A DNA stretch of 64,000 nucleotides, taken from contig JACKGH010000001.1 of assembly GCA_020632075.1 (NCBI GenBank), forward strand, positions 936,470 to 1,000,469, written 5' to 3'. This stretch comes from Candidatus Nomurabacteria bacterium (GTDB lineage Bacteria > Patescibacteriota > Minisyncoccia > Phycocordibacterales > UBA918). Made by a program: the position numbers and the translations under genes. Shown here one piece after another: positions 28,028 through 36,736 of the stretch (positions are counted from its first letter, which is position 1; each line of letters starts with the position of its first letter). The notes below the pieces were generated by a model. That model ran no database searches. It was not told the DNA's origin and worked only from the letters and a program-made list of their open reading frames with translations.

Positions 28028-29539
28028 ATGAACGCGTCAGTATCTTTTCGATCACTTCTTGTTTTTATCAGTGTGGCAGTCATTGCTACTTTCTTAGTAC
28101 CGTTTGTGTCGCATGCTCAAACGACCTGTACTTTCACTCGTACACTATCGCTTGGTGATGAGGGTGAGGATGTGCTCTGTCTTCAGAAGTATTTGAATAC
28201 GACTGATCACAAGATCGCGGCGGCTGGTGTTGGCTCGCCAGGAAACGAGACGACTTCGTATGGAAGTCTCACCGAAGCGGCTGTGCTAGCCTGGCAACAG
28301 GCAAATGGTGTAGCAGGAGCAAATGGAAACTTTGGACCTGGCTCACAAGCAAAGTACAAAGAGGTTAGTGCTGCCGCTCCGGTAGCTCAAAACGAAAGTG
28401 AAGTCGATCACCTGCTGAGCATTGTTAGTGGCCTCCAGGCGCAGCTTGACGCGGCTACACCACAGCCAACTGTTCCAGCAACGGTGACTACGCCAACTCC
28501 ACAAGTGGCAGGAGCTTCAACCTACGCGAAAAGCGAAGCGCAGAAGGGAGCTGAGAAGCGCATCATGGATGCGGTCGAGATGATCCTTGACGCGTTTGGT
28601 GAAGTTGATGATCTCCGAGAAGATGATCCAGACGAAGCGTCTGACATTGACGAAGACGTACGCGACGCGATCGAAACGCTCTTTGACTCGCTTGAAAGTT
28701 ACTTTGATGAAGACTACTCTTCGGCCGAAGAAGACGCTGATAGTGCACTTGACGACGCAACAAGTGCCTTTGAAGATGCTGGTGGCGAATCTGATGCGAC
28801 TGAAGCCGAGGATCTGCTTGACGACGTAGAAGATCTCTATGACGACGTGGTAGATCTCTTTGAAGAAGCCGAAGATAAAGATGAAGATACTGGCGATGCA
28901 GAAGATTTGATCGACGAAGCTGCTGATCTCCTTGATGATGCGCAGGAAGCGTTTAAGGACAAGGTGTATCGACAAGCGATCAGTGATGCACTTGATGCGC
29001 AGGAGCTTCTTGAGGATGCAGAAGATGAGATCGATCTCGTTTCCGACAAAGATGCAGAAAAGTATGTTGAAGACATCTGGGATATGTACGATGATGCTGA
29101 AGAAGAGATCGATGATGCAGATGCTGATGGAGAAGATGTTGATGATTCACTCGACTTACTCGATGATGCGAAACGAGCGTTAAAGCGAGCAGATATAGCT
29201 GTCGATGAGGAAGAGTTTGAAGATGCGATCGACGAAGCTGAAGAGGCAGAGGATCTCATTGATGAAGCGCTTGATGCGATCGGTGGTTCAAAGGGAGACG
29301 AGAGTGATGCAGAAGAGGCGCTTGACGATGCATGGAAAGAATACAAGGATGCGCGAGATGAACTGTACAACGCGGAAGACGATGATGAAGATGTTGGTGA
29401 CGCGTGGGATTACCTCGGTGACGCCAAGGATGCACTCAATGACGCAGAAGATGCAATGGAAGATGAGGACTATGATGAAGTAATGGATCTCGTCGACGAT
29501 GCGCTCAAGGCGATCGAGGATGCACTTGATGAGCTCTAA
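28028..29539 (+). CDS. secreted peptidoglycan-binding-domain protein with about 330 aa of D/E-rich helical repeats
   Basis: A signal peptide/TM (LLVFISVAVIATFLVPFVSHA), a PG_binding_1-like motif (LSLGDEGEDVLCLQKYLN...GSLTEAAVLAWQQANG), and then degenerate DD(A/V)EDLxDDxxDxF repeats through the C-terminus. Confidence 0.6.
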   Translation: MNASVSFRSLLVFISVAVIATFLVPFVSHAQTTCTFTRTLSLGDEGEDVLCLQKYLNTTDHKIAAAGVGSPGNETTSYGSLTEAAVLAWQQANGVAGANGNFGPGSQAKYKEVSAAAPVAQNESEVDHLLSIVSGLQAQLDAATPQPTVPATVTTPTPQVAGASTYAKSEAQKGAEKRIMDAVEMILDAFGEVDDLREDDPDEASDIDEDVRDAIETLFDSLESYFDEDYSSAEEDADSALDDATSAFEDAGGESDATEAEDLLDDVEDLYDDVVDLFEEAEDKDEDTGDAEDLIDEAADLLDDAQEAFKDKVYRQAISDALDAQELLEDAEDEIDLVSDKDAEKYVEDIWDMYDDAEEEIDDADADGEDVDDSLDLLDDAKRALKRADIAVDEEEFEDAIDEAEEAEDLIDEALDAIGGSKGDESDAEEALDDAWKEYKDARDELYNAEDDDEDVGDAWDYLGDAKDALNDAEDAMEDEDYDEVMDLVDDALKAIEDALDEL

Positions 29540-29544
29540 GTGGT

Positions 29545-29578
29545 AAAAAACCGGCGGCCCTTCGGGCCGCCGGTTTTT
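29545..29578 (+). terminator. intrinsic terminator
   Basis: aaaaaaccggcggccc-ttcg-ggccgccggttttt. Confidence 0.7.
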
Positions 29579-29605
29579 AATGCGTGATAGTATATCTGTA
29601 TAGTT

Positions 29606-30892
29606 ATGGAAGAAATGAATAATAGCCAGACACCAAGGATCGAAGGTGGACCAGACACTTCTGCAAAATTTGATCAGAATGATCTCCAGGAAGTACAGGC
29701 GGGGGAGGGTAAACATGTAGATGCGGAGCTAGAAAGAGATGAACCAGATGAAGTGAGTAGAGAAGTATCGTATGATCAAGATAATACTAATCTAGAGAAG
29801 GCTGCGGAAATTGAGCGTCAGGAAAGTCTAGACGTGACCCGTATGTGGTATGAACGTGCATGTGATCAGGCGCAATCATATATTGACGCTCACGGGTATC
29901 TGTACGATGTTTCTTATTATGATGCAGAAGTCAAACTAGATAATGGTGAGGTGACAGAAAGTTTGGTACTTCGTTTTTCGCATCGTACTGGAGGCACCGC
30001 TAAAGACTGGACGATGTCGATTAAGATGACTGATGAGTATTTGGACGATCAATTTGAAACAGTGATCGAACACGTTATTCTAAGTAAAAATTTTGAAACA
30101 GAAATAGATGAGCGATCTGAGGGGGGAGATGATGGATTTGGAGAGCAGGAGTTTGAGGAACTAAAGGGTAAAGACCGAGACAAGACAGGAGAAGAGTTGG
30201 CGCTGCTCAAGCAGACGAATGAAGATATAAATCGACTGAGGACTGAATATGGCCTGTCAGAATTTATTGTTCCGGAACGTGCAGTGCATGTGATTAAACA
30301 AGAACATTGGGTCTTAAATGAAAAGGCGATTTATAATCCTCGTCTCAAAGGTATTGGGATAAGAGAGACGCCAGCAAACATTGTTTTTTATGCTCTAGCA
30401 ACACACGAATCGTTACACGCCAATGTCAACAATTATTTACTGCCAATCATGTTAACTGAGGCGTTAGTTGAGGCAACTACTATCGAGATGGTTAGGAATC
30501 AGCGTAATGCTACGATTGACCGCGATAGGAAGAATGCTAATGCAGTAATGTGGCAGCATGAAGATGCTCTAAACGAATATGGTGATCCTCTCTATTCGGA
30601 AGAAACATACTATGCATATGTTGATGATGTTGGTCAGTTGCGATCAATTGAGTTCGGGTATCAATTAGAGCGAGATGCCTTGCAAATGTTGCTGAAAAAA
30701 GTGGTAGAGCGAGATGGTGGAGTAAGGTTCAAAGATGAAAAGGAAGTGCAGAAAGAACTATTACATGCACTCATGGCAGACGATCCTAGTATGCTCAATT
30801 TCATTAATGATCTGTTTGGTTCAGACGCAATGGATAAATTGCAGTTTGCTCAAAGCGCACGTGATCTACTAAGGATCGTAGCTGAATTGTAG
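29606..30892 (+). CDS. hypothetical protein with HExxH motif (candidate zincin-like metallopeptidase); acidic N-terminus, no signal peptide
   Basis: ALATHESLHANVNNYLLPIMLTEALVE contains HESLH, and a Glu about 18 residues downstream is a possible third ligand. The protein is 428 aa. Confidence 0.4.
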   Translation: MEEMNNSQTPRIEGGPDTSAKFDQNDLQEVQAGEGKHVDAELERDEPDEVSREVSYDQDNTNLEKAAEIERQESLDVTRMWYERACDQAQSYIDAHGYLYDVSYYDAEVKLDNGEVTESLVLRFSHRTGGTAKDWTMSIKMTDEYLDDQFETVIEHVILSKNFETEIDERSEGGDDGFGEQEFEELKGKDRDKTGEELALLKQTNEDINRLRTEYGLSEFIVPERAVHVIKQEHWVLNEKAIYNPRLKGIGIRETPANIVFYALATHESLHANVNNYLLPIMLTEALVEATTIEMVRNQRNATIDRDRKNANAVMWQHEDALNEYGDPLYSEETYYAYVDDVGQLRSIEFGYQLERDALQMLLKKVVERDGGVRFKDEKEVQKELLHALMADDPSMLNFINDLFGSDAMDKLQFAQSARDLLRIVAEL

Positions 30893-30906
30893 AGTTTCAG
30901 TATGGT

Positions 30907-31209
30907 TTGAAGGGTCACCGGTTATTTTTATGCATGCTACCATACAGCCACATGAAAAAGTTACTGCAGAAACTGTTTGGTACACATCGTGAGTTTGTGG
31001 GTAATTTTATTGAGACGGGTGAAGCGTTGATTGCATTGGCTGCGTCAAATCAGATCGTCGCAGCAGAGCTTGAAGATTTCTCACAGAAGGCACGCACACT
31101 AAAAAGTGACAACTTATTGGAAGCTGCGGAATTGTCAGCCAATGCGCTTAGTGGTTATGGTATCTCGGTGCGATCAAAGGCATTTTTGGAAACCTTGACG
31201 GAGGAGTAG
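30907..31209 (+). CDS. small hypothetical protein (true start possibly the internal ATG, MKKLLQ)
   Basis: Lies 15 nt downstream of the HExxH gene and is followed by a strong terminator. Confidence 0.35.
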   Translation: MKGHRLFLCMLPYSHMKKLLQKLFGTHREFVGNFIETGEALIALAASNQIVAAELEDFSQKARTLKSDNLLEAAELSANALSGYGISVRSKAFLETLTEE

Positions 31210-31210
31210 T

Positions 31211-31247
31211 CAAAACAGGCCGGTCCCGAAGGGACCGGCCTGTTTTG
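31211..31247 (+). terminator. intrinsic terminator
   Basis: caaaacaggccggtccc-gaag-ggaccggcctgttttg. Confidence 0.7.
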
Positions 31248-31276
31248 ACAGTATTTGCGTGCTACACTAAAAATAC

Positions 31277-31699
31277 ATGCAACGGCTACTTCCATTTCTT
31301 TTTCTGTTTGGTGTCATACTGGTAACGTCTGTTATTTCGCTGCTTGCTTCGTGGCTGCTTACACATGTGGCTGGTGTAAGTACCGCTGCACCACTTCGAT
31401 ACGCAACTATGTTTGCTGAGTTGTTGGCTTGGTTGTTCTCACTCACCGTTGCGTTTTATCTGGCAGCAGAAACAAAACTCTTATACACCCACGCTTTGCC
31501 GAAGGGTTTTGGGCTGTACATTGCATTTGGTTTTCTGTGTGTGCAGCTTGCTTTTTTAATGGTGTTACCGATCACGCTTGGTTCCATGAATGTGTTCGCC
31601 TTTTTTACAGTATCAAGTTTGGTTTACATTGCTGGTTCGTTTGTGATAACAGCTCTGTACACCAGCTTCCTGTTACGAAAATTTCAAGTGAACACTTAA
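31277..31699 (+). CDS. membrane protein (4 TM)
   Basis: A 140-aa protein that is hydrophobic throughout. Confidence 0.45.
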   Translation: MQRLLPFLFLFGVILVTSVISLLASWLLTHVAGVSTAAPLRYATMFAELLAWLFSLTVAFYLAAETKLLYTHALPKGFGLYIAFGFLCVQLAFLMVLPITLGSMNVFAFFTVSSLVYIAGSFVITALYTSFLLRKFQVNT

Positions 31700-32013
31700 G
31701 TCCCCGGTTTTCGTTCGCGCTCTTTAAAGGTAAACTCACGTAATTTCTTGCTGGCTTTGAGTGTCGCGAAGATGGCTTCTGATCGCTTTGTCGTATGTAC
31801 GGCAACTTTCTGCGCACTCTGTCCACTAATAATGAGTTCAAAGCCAGCGTTTGTGTATACACAGGTCACAAACCGTCCGCTGGCGCCACGCGCATTGGTA
31901 CGGATCTCGCCGGGGGCGATCATTTTGATTCCAGGAATTTTCTCAAGCTCACGCACGACAAATGTCGCAGTTTCGGTAAGGGTGCTGTGTTCTCGTCCGC
32001 GGGATCGGGGCAT
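31696..32013 (-). CDS. hypothetical small protein
   Basis: A 105-aa ORF convergent with the previous gene. It is preferred over the overlapping plus-strand ORF 31748..32098 only weakly. Confidence 0.3.
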   Translation of the reverse strand: MPRSRGREHSTLTETATFVVRELEKIPGIKMIAPGEIRTNARGASGRFVTCVYTNAGFELIISGQSAQKVAVHTTKRSEAIFATLKASKKLREFTFKERERKPGT

Positions 32014-32122
32014 ATGGGGTAGGGTAGCACTAATTTATAAAAAAGGTCCAGGAATTTTGCCTAGGAAAGGGCTAAATTCTGACATAAATTCACAATAGTC
32101 GCTGCGCTTGTTTGTTCATTTA

Positions 32123-32155
32123 AAAAAGCCGGAAGCGCGCGAACGCGTTTCCGGA
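32123..32155 (-). terminator. intrinsic terminator for 32162..32452
   Basis: The minus strand reads ccggaaacgcgttcgcgcgcttccggctttttt. Confidence 0.55.
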
Positions 32156-32161
32156 TTTTGG

Positions 32162-32452
32162 TTAGTTTCCTGAGGACTCAAGCTCTCGACTGAGTCTCAC
32201 AAACTCATTGCGATGTTCTTCGATTTGTCCCTTAGACTTTTTGACCAGGAGTTGTAGACTGAGGCCGATGCTAATCATCACGACGCACGCGATGAGATTG
32301 CTTGGCTCTAGAGCATTTTTAGTGAATAGAGCGAGTAGCGCGACCGCACCGCCGCCCAGTAACCCCAGCGAGAAAAGTTCACTCAGGGCGTTCACCCAAA
32401 GCCAGATATTCTTCCCGGTGAGGTGGTGTTTAATCAATTCGTCATTGGTCAT
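32162..32452 (-). CDS. small membrane protein (2 TM)
   Basis: 96 aa. A TTGACA-17-TATAAA promoter lies about 40-70 nt upstream on the minus strand (32490-32520). Confidence 0.45.
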   Translation of the reverse strand: MTNDELIKHHLTGKNIWLWVNALSELFSLGLLGGGAVALLALFTKNALEPSNLIACVVMISIGLSLQLLVKKSKGQIEEHRNEFVRLSRELESSGN

Positions 32453-32539
32453 GACGTACCCCTTTAGTTACGTGCCTTTAAAATTTATATCGTATAATAT
32501 ACTACATGTCAATGTTATTCGGTGTAGATGGTTTGACTT

Positions 32540-32879
32540 TCCAGCGTATTTCCGGTATTCTCATGCCGTTCCAACCTCAAGTCGTTTCCCTGGCAGGAAA
32601 CGCATGAAATACGAACGAAGTAGGTGACCACAAGAGAAATCTGGCCGTTACCAGGATTCTCGGGAATCTCACAAGCCGCCACTGACGGTGCGAATGCACT
32701 AGCTACAAGCGGTATTTACTAACAACAAAGCTACACAAGCATTTTTTGCTGTAGTGCAGCTTTACATTAATTTGGATCGTGGTGGTTTTTGGATTTATGG
32801 TTCCAGGAATCGGCGGCGGGCTAAAGCCGCCGATTCGGAACTAAGTTCTGAATAGTCGCTACGCTCCTTTCATCACTTA
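32540..32879 (+). other. long structured 5' leader of the rpsS-...-rplE operon
   Basis: About 340 nt without a credible ORF. Hairpins cgtttcc-ctggca-ggaaacg and gaatcggcggc-gggctaaa-gccgccgattc (32818-32848). Confidence 0.3.
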
Positions 32880-33206
32880 ATGTCACGATCATTATATAAG
32901 GGACCGTACGTAGACGAACGTCTCCTCAAGAAGATCGCCGGGAAGAAGCCCGGAGAAGGCGGTGTCATCAAGACTTGGGCTCGAGGCTCAGTGATCTCTC
33001 CAGAAATGGTAGGATTCACCTTTGGTGTACACAACGGCCGCGATCACATTGAAGTACTGGTTGCAGAAGAAATGGTGGGCCACAAGTTCGGTGAATTTTC
33101 ACCAACGAAGAAGTTCTGGCGCCACGGAGGTAAGATGCAGAAGGAACTTGATCAGAAGAAGAAGGAAGCTGAAATTGCAGCTGCTAAGGCTGCTAAGGCT
33201 GCGTAA
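32880..33206 (+). CDS. rpsS: 30S ribosomal protein S19 (with Lys/Ala-rich C-terminal extension)
   Basis: [16 protein letters not shown]...[25 protein letters not shown]. Confidence 0.95.
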   Translation: MSRSLYKGPYVDERLLKKIAGKKPGEGGVIKTWARGSVISPEMVGFTFGVHNGRDHIEVLVAEEMVGHKFGEFSPTKKFWRHGGKMQKELDQKKKEAEIAAAKAAKAA

Positions 33207-33218
33207 TAAGACTGATAT

Positions 33219-33545
33219 ATGAAAGCAATTCTCAAAAACTATCGTCAGTCTCCACGCAAGGTTCGTCTTCTCGCAGATCTTGTACGCGGTAAAAAAGCAA
33301 CTGACGCACTTACCACACTCCGTTTTGTAGACAAGCGAGCATCTGGTCCATTTGCAAAGGTGATCTCATCAGCGATTGCAAATGCCAAGCAGCATGGCGC
33401 AAAGGAAGAAGAGCTCTTTATCAAGGCTGTACAGGTCAATAAGGCTCCTACTTTCAAGCGCTTCATGCCACGAGCTCGTGGTTCTGCATCACGAATTAAC
33501 AAGCGTAACAGCCACATCTCAGTTGAGCTGGGCGTAAAGAAATAA
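33219..33545 (+). CDS. rplV: 50S ribosomal protein L22
   Basis: AILKNYRQSPRKVRLLADLVRGKKATDALTTLRF. Confidence 0.95.
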   Translation: MKAILKNYRQSPRKVRLLADLVRGKKATDALTTLRFVDKRASGPFAKVISSAIANAKQHGAKEEELFIKAVQVNKAPTFKRFMPRARGSASRINKRNSHISVELGVKK

Positions 33546-33549
33546 GGAT

Positions 33550-34257
33550 ATGACACACGTAGCACATCCATATATTCAACGCATTGGTGTAAACCGTGAC
33601 TGGAAGAGTCGTTGGTTCACAACAAGTCCGGAGAAGTTCCGCGAATACCTCCGCGTTGATGCTGCGCTCCGCAAGATGCTCAAGACACGCCTCAAGGGTA
33701 TGTCAGTTGATGCGGTTGAAATCGAACGCAGCGAAAAAGATATTCGTATTATTATCAAGACTTCACGTCCTGGTCTTATCATCGGACGAAGCGGTGAAGG
33801 TATCTCAAACCTGAAGAAGGAGATCGATCTGTTCTTGCGCAAGCAGAAGATGACCGACAAGCCTGAACTCAAGATCGATATCGAAGAGATCCGTTCACCA
33901 GAATCATCAGCTCGCATCGTGGGCCAGATGATCGCTGAAGGTCTTGAAAAGCGCATGACATTCCGTCGTGTGATGAAGCAGACCGTTGAAAAGGTAATGG
34001 CTAACCGTGACGTTGAGGGTGTACGTATCATCCTTTCTGGTCGACTCGGTGGTGCTGACATGGCGCGCAAGGAGGAGCTTAAGAAAGGACGTATTCCACT
34101 GCAGACACTCCGCGCTGACATTGACTTCGCTCGAGTTGAAGCAAATCTCCCATATGGTGTGATCGGTATCAAGGTATGGATCTACCGTGGAGAAGTATTC
34201 GCAGATCGTAAGGCAGGTCAGGAAGCACAGGAAGCACGCCAGAATCGTAATCGATAA
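33550..34257 (+). CDS. rpsC: 30S ribosomal protein S3
   Basis: A KH domain plus a C-terminal S3 domain (IRIIIKTSRPGLIIGRSGEGI...ILSGRLGGADMAR). Confidence 0.95.
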   Translation: MTHVAHPYIQRIGVNRDWKSRWFTTSPEKFREYLRVDAALRKMLKTRLKGMSVDAVEIERSEKDIRIIIKTSRPGLIIGRSGEGISNLKKEIDLFLRKQKMTDKPELKIDIEEIRSPESSARIVGQMIAEGLEKRMTFRRVMKQTVEKVMANRDVEGVRIILSGRLGGADMARKEELKKGRIPLQTLRADIDFARVEANLPYGVIGIKVWIYRGEVFADRKAGQEAQEARQNRNR

Positions 34258-34266
34258 TCACTGCGT

Positions 34267-34701
34267 ATGTTATTCCCAAAGAAAGTTAAGCACCGCAAGT
34301 GGCAGATCGGTCGAAAGAACGAAGAAAAGCTCAATCGACCAGATACCCGTGGTATCACCGTGTCATACGGTTCATACGGGCTCAAGGCTACTACTGCGTC
34401 ACGTGTGAAATCAAACCAGATCGAAGCTGCTCGTCGTGTGATTTCTCGTACGATGGGTAAGACTGGTAAGTCATGGATCCGTATCTTCCCAGATCGTCCA
34501 GTAACCAAAAAGGCTGCTGAAGTACCGATGGGTAAGGGTAAGGGTGATCCAGATCACTTCGTATTCGAAGTACGCCCAGGCCGAATTCTCTTCGAGATCG
34601 AGGGTGTACCTGAAGACATTGCTCGCGAAGCCTTCCGTAAGGCAACTGCGAAGCTCCCATTACAAGCTAAGTTCGTGCGTCGCGAAGATACAAGAGTGTA
34701 A
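34267..34701 (+). CDS. rplP: 50S ribosomal protein L16
   Basis: MLFPKKVKHRKWQ...KGKGDPDHFVFEVRPGRILFEI. Confidence 0.95.
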   Translation: MLFPKKVKHRKWQIGRKNEEKLNRPDTRGITVSYGSYGLKATTASRVKSNQIEAARRVISRTMGKTGKSWIRIFPDRPVTKKAAEVPMGKGKGDPDHFVFEVRPGRILFEIEGVPEDIAREAFRKATAKLPLQAKFVRREDTRV

Positions 34702-34731
34702 AGACACTCTTGTATCGGGTCTAATTCAAAA

Positions 34732-34938
34732 ATGATTATGACAAAGATGGAAGACATCAAGAAAAAGTCTGATGCAGAATTGACCGAATTGGTTCAGTCT
34801 GCTCGAGAGACCGTGCGTCAGGAACGTTTTAAGGATAAGTTCAGTCGCAAGGCTAGTGTGATCCAGGGCAACAAGCTCGAGATCGCTCGCGCCCTCACTG
34901 AGCTATCTGCTCGCCGACGTAACCCACAAACTAAATAG
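34732..34938 (+). CDS. rpmC: 50S ribosomal protein L29
   Basis: KSDAELTELVQSARETVRQERFKDKFS. Confidence 0.9.
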   Translation: MIMTKMEDIKKKSDAELTELVQSARETVRQERFKDKFSRKASVIQGNKLEIARALTELSARRRNPQTK

Positions 34939-34941
34939 CGT

Positions 34942-35193
34942 ATGAGTACCGAAACAAAAAGTAACGGTCGTGTGCTCCGCGGTACAGTAGTTGCATCTAA
35001 GATGACTGACACCTGTACTGTCGCAGTAGAGCGATACGTGAAGCACCCAAAGTACAAAAAGTTCATGCGTCGCACGAAGAAGTACTTAGTGCATGACGCT
35101 GGGAACACCGCCAAGGTAGGCGACAAGGTCGAAATTGTAGAAGTTAAGCCGATCTCAAAGCGTAAAAGCTTTAAGCTCGTAACCAGCAAGTAG
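34942..35193 (+). CDS. rpsQ: 30S ribosomal protein S17
   Basis: LRGTVVASKMTDTCTVAVERYVKHPKYKKF. Confidence 0.95.
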   Translation: MSTETKSNGRVLRGTVVASKMTDTCTVAVERYVKHPKYKKFMRRTKKYLVHDAGNTAKVGDKVEIVEVKPISKRKSFKLVTSK

Positions 35194-35194
35194 T

Positions 35195-35566
35195 ATGATT
35201 CAGCCACAGACACTCGTGAAGATCACCGACAACTCAGGTGGTAAGATGGGCCGAGTCTTTAAGGTACTTGGCGGTTCAAAGAAGCGCTATGCTGAACTCG
35301 GCGAGATGGTGGTACTTGCGGTCCAGACTGCAGAACCACGCAAGCAGGTAAAGAAGAAGGATGTCGTGTACGGAGTAATTGTGCGTCAGCGCAAGCCATT
35401 CCGTCGTAAGGATGGTTCATATGTAAGCTTCGATGACAACGCCGTAGTGCTTGTCGACAAGGAGAAGAAAGAACCAAAGGCAAACCGCGTGTTTGGTCCA
35501 ATCCCACGTGAGCTCGCCGAAGCAGGTTATCAGAAGATCGTCTCACTTGCCCCAGAGGTGGTGTAA
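35195..35566 (+). CDS. rplN: 50S ribosomal protein L14
   Basis: MIQPQTLVKITDNSGGK. Confidence 0.95.
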   Translation: MIQPQTLVKITDNSGGKMGRVFKVLGGSKKRYAELGEMVVLAVQTAEPRKQVKKKDVVYGVIVRQRKPFRRKDGSYVSFDDNAVVLVDKEKKEPKANRVFGPIPRELAEAGYQKIVSLAPEVV

Positions 35567-35587
35567 CGAATAATCTAAGATAATCCT

Positions 35588-35899
35588 ATGAAGATTCGAA
35601 AAGGAGATACTGTCAAAGTAATCGCTGGTAAGGACAAAGGAAAGACCGGAACCGTGCTGATGACCATCAAGGAGACCGAACAGGTAGTCATTGAAGGTGT
35701 GCACGAAGTGAAGCGTCACCAGAAGAACCGCCGTATGCGTTCACAGGGACAGATCGTTGAAAAGAGCATGCCGATCCACGTTTCAAACGTTGCGCTCATG
35801 GAAGGTGACAAGACCGTACGTGTTGGGTACACCTTTGAAGGAGAAGGCGAGAAGCGAAAGAAGGTTCGTGTTGCACGACCAAGTGGAAAGAAAATTTAA
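35588..35899 (+). CDS. rplX: 50S ribosomal protein L24
   Basis: A KOW motif (KIRKGDTVKVIAGKDKGKTGTV). Confidence 0.95.
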   Translation: MKIRKGDTVKVIAGKDKGKTGTVLMTIKETEQVVIEGVHEVKRHQKNRRMRSQGQIVEKSMPIHVSNVALMEGDKTVRVGYTFEGEGEKRKKVRVARPSGKKI

Positions 35900-35945
35900 A
35901 TTAACATTTAATTTTGGAGCCTGAATGCTGAGTGAATTTCGCGAA

Positions 35946-36006
35946 GCGGTGGCTGCGGACGAGAGAAACGTACAGTTCGTACGATGACCGAGGACGCAGC
36001 CACCGC
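35946..36006 (+). promoter_or_regulatory. stem-loop in an unusual 180-nt spacer between rplX and rplE (12-bp perfect stem, about 37-nt loop)
   Basis: gcggtggctgcg (35946-35957) pairs with cgcagccaccgc (35995-36006). Confidence 0.45.
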
Positions 36007-36078
36007 GAGAAAGTACCCCAGGGTATTTTCTCTTGCTACGCAATTCACCTTAAAATTCGCTGGCAGACAGCTCCCAAA

Positions 36079-36633
36079 ATGGGTATGGAAACAGTACAGA
36101 CTCAATTGAAGACAGTATTCGATTCTCTCAAGGGAGAATTCGGATACGCAAACGTTCATCAGGCACCAACGATCGAAAAGGTAGTGGTGTCTGTAGGAAC
36201 TGGTCGTGTAGACGACAAGCAGAAGATCGCGCTTATCCAGGACCGTCTTGCACAGATCACTGGACAGAAGGCCGCTCCTCGAGCAGCTCGTCAGTCAATC
36301 GCATCATTCAAGCTTCGCGAGGGTGATACGATCGGCTACCAGGTAACCCTTCGTGGTGCACGCATGAATGACTTCCTCAACAAGCTCATCCACATCGCAT
36401 TGCCACAGACTCGTGACTTCCGCGGTCTCAAGACCTCATCGATCGATGAAATGGGTAACTACACACTGGGTATCAAGGAACACACGATCTTCCCTGAAAC
36501 TCACGATGAAGAACTTAAGGATGTCTTTGGTATGTCGATCACGATCGTGACCACTGCCAAGACCAAGCCAGAAGCAGAAGCGCTTCTACGTCATGTAGGA
36601 ATGCCACTCCAGAAGGCAGACGAAGCAAAATAA
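36079..36633 (+). CDS. rplE: 50S ribosomal protein L5
   Basis: ANVHQAPTIEKVVVSVGTGR...TLRGARMNDFLNKLI. The start is taken at the ATG at 36079/36085, not the ORF-track start at 35932. Confidence 0.95.
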   Translation: MGMETVQTQLKTVFDSLKGEFGYANVHQAPTIEKVVVSVGTGRVDDKQKIALIQDRLAQITGQKAAPRAARQSIASFKLREGDTIGYQVTLRGARMNDFLNKLIHIALPQTRDFRGLKTSSIDEMGNYTLGIKEHTIFPETHDEELKDVFGMSITIVTTAKTKPEAEALLRHVGMPLQKADEAK

Positions 36634-36646
36634 TTGCTTTGGAAAA

Positions 36647-36684
36647 GAAACGGCCGGCCCCGAAGGGGCCGGCCGTTTCTTTTC
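36647..36684 (+). terminator. intrinsic terminator after rplE (rpsN does not follow)
   Basis: gaaacggccggcccc-gaag-gggccggccgtttctttt. Confidence 0.7.
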
Positions 36685-36736
36685 TATACATACAAAAACT
36701 CCCCCAAACTGGGGGAGTGAGAACCTGACAGGTTCT

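Noticed and set aside
28837-29370. Minus-strand 177-aa Ser-rich ORF, and the plus-strand ORFs 28932..29183 and 29205..29483.
   Set aside because: These are mirror or alternate-frame artefacts of the GA-rich D/E-repeat coding region of 28028..29539.
31748-32098. Plus-strand 116-aa ORF overlapping minus-strand ORF 31696..32013.
   Set aside because: It would run into the terminator of the 32162..32452 gene and has no RBS. The minus-strand ORF fits the intergenic architecture better, but neither is strongly supported.
35932-36078. Long N-terminal extension of L5 from the ORF-track start.
   Set aside because: The extension (MNFAKRWLRTRETYSSYDDRGRSH...) is not L5-like and spans a perfect 12-bp stem-loop. 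The conserved L5 N-terminus begins at 36079/36085.
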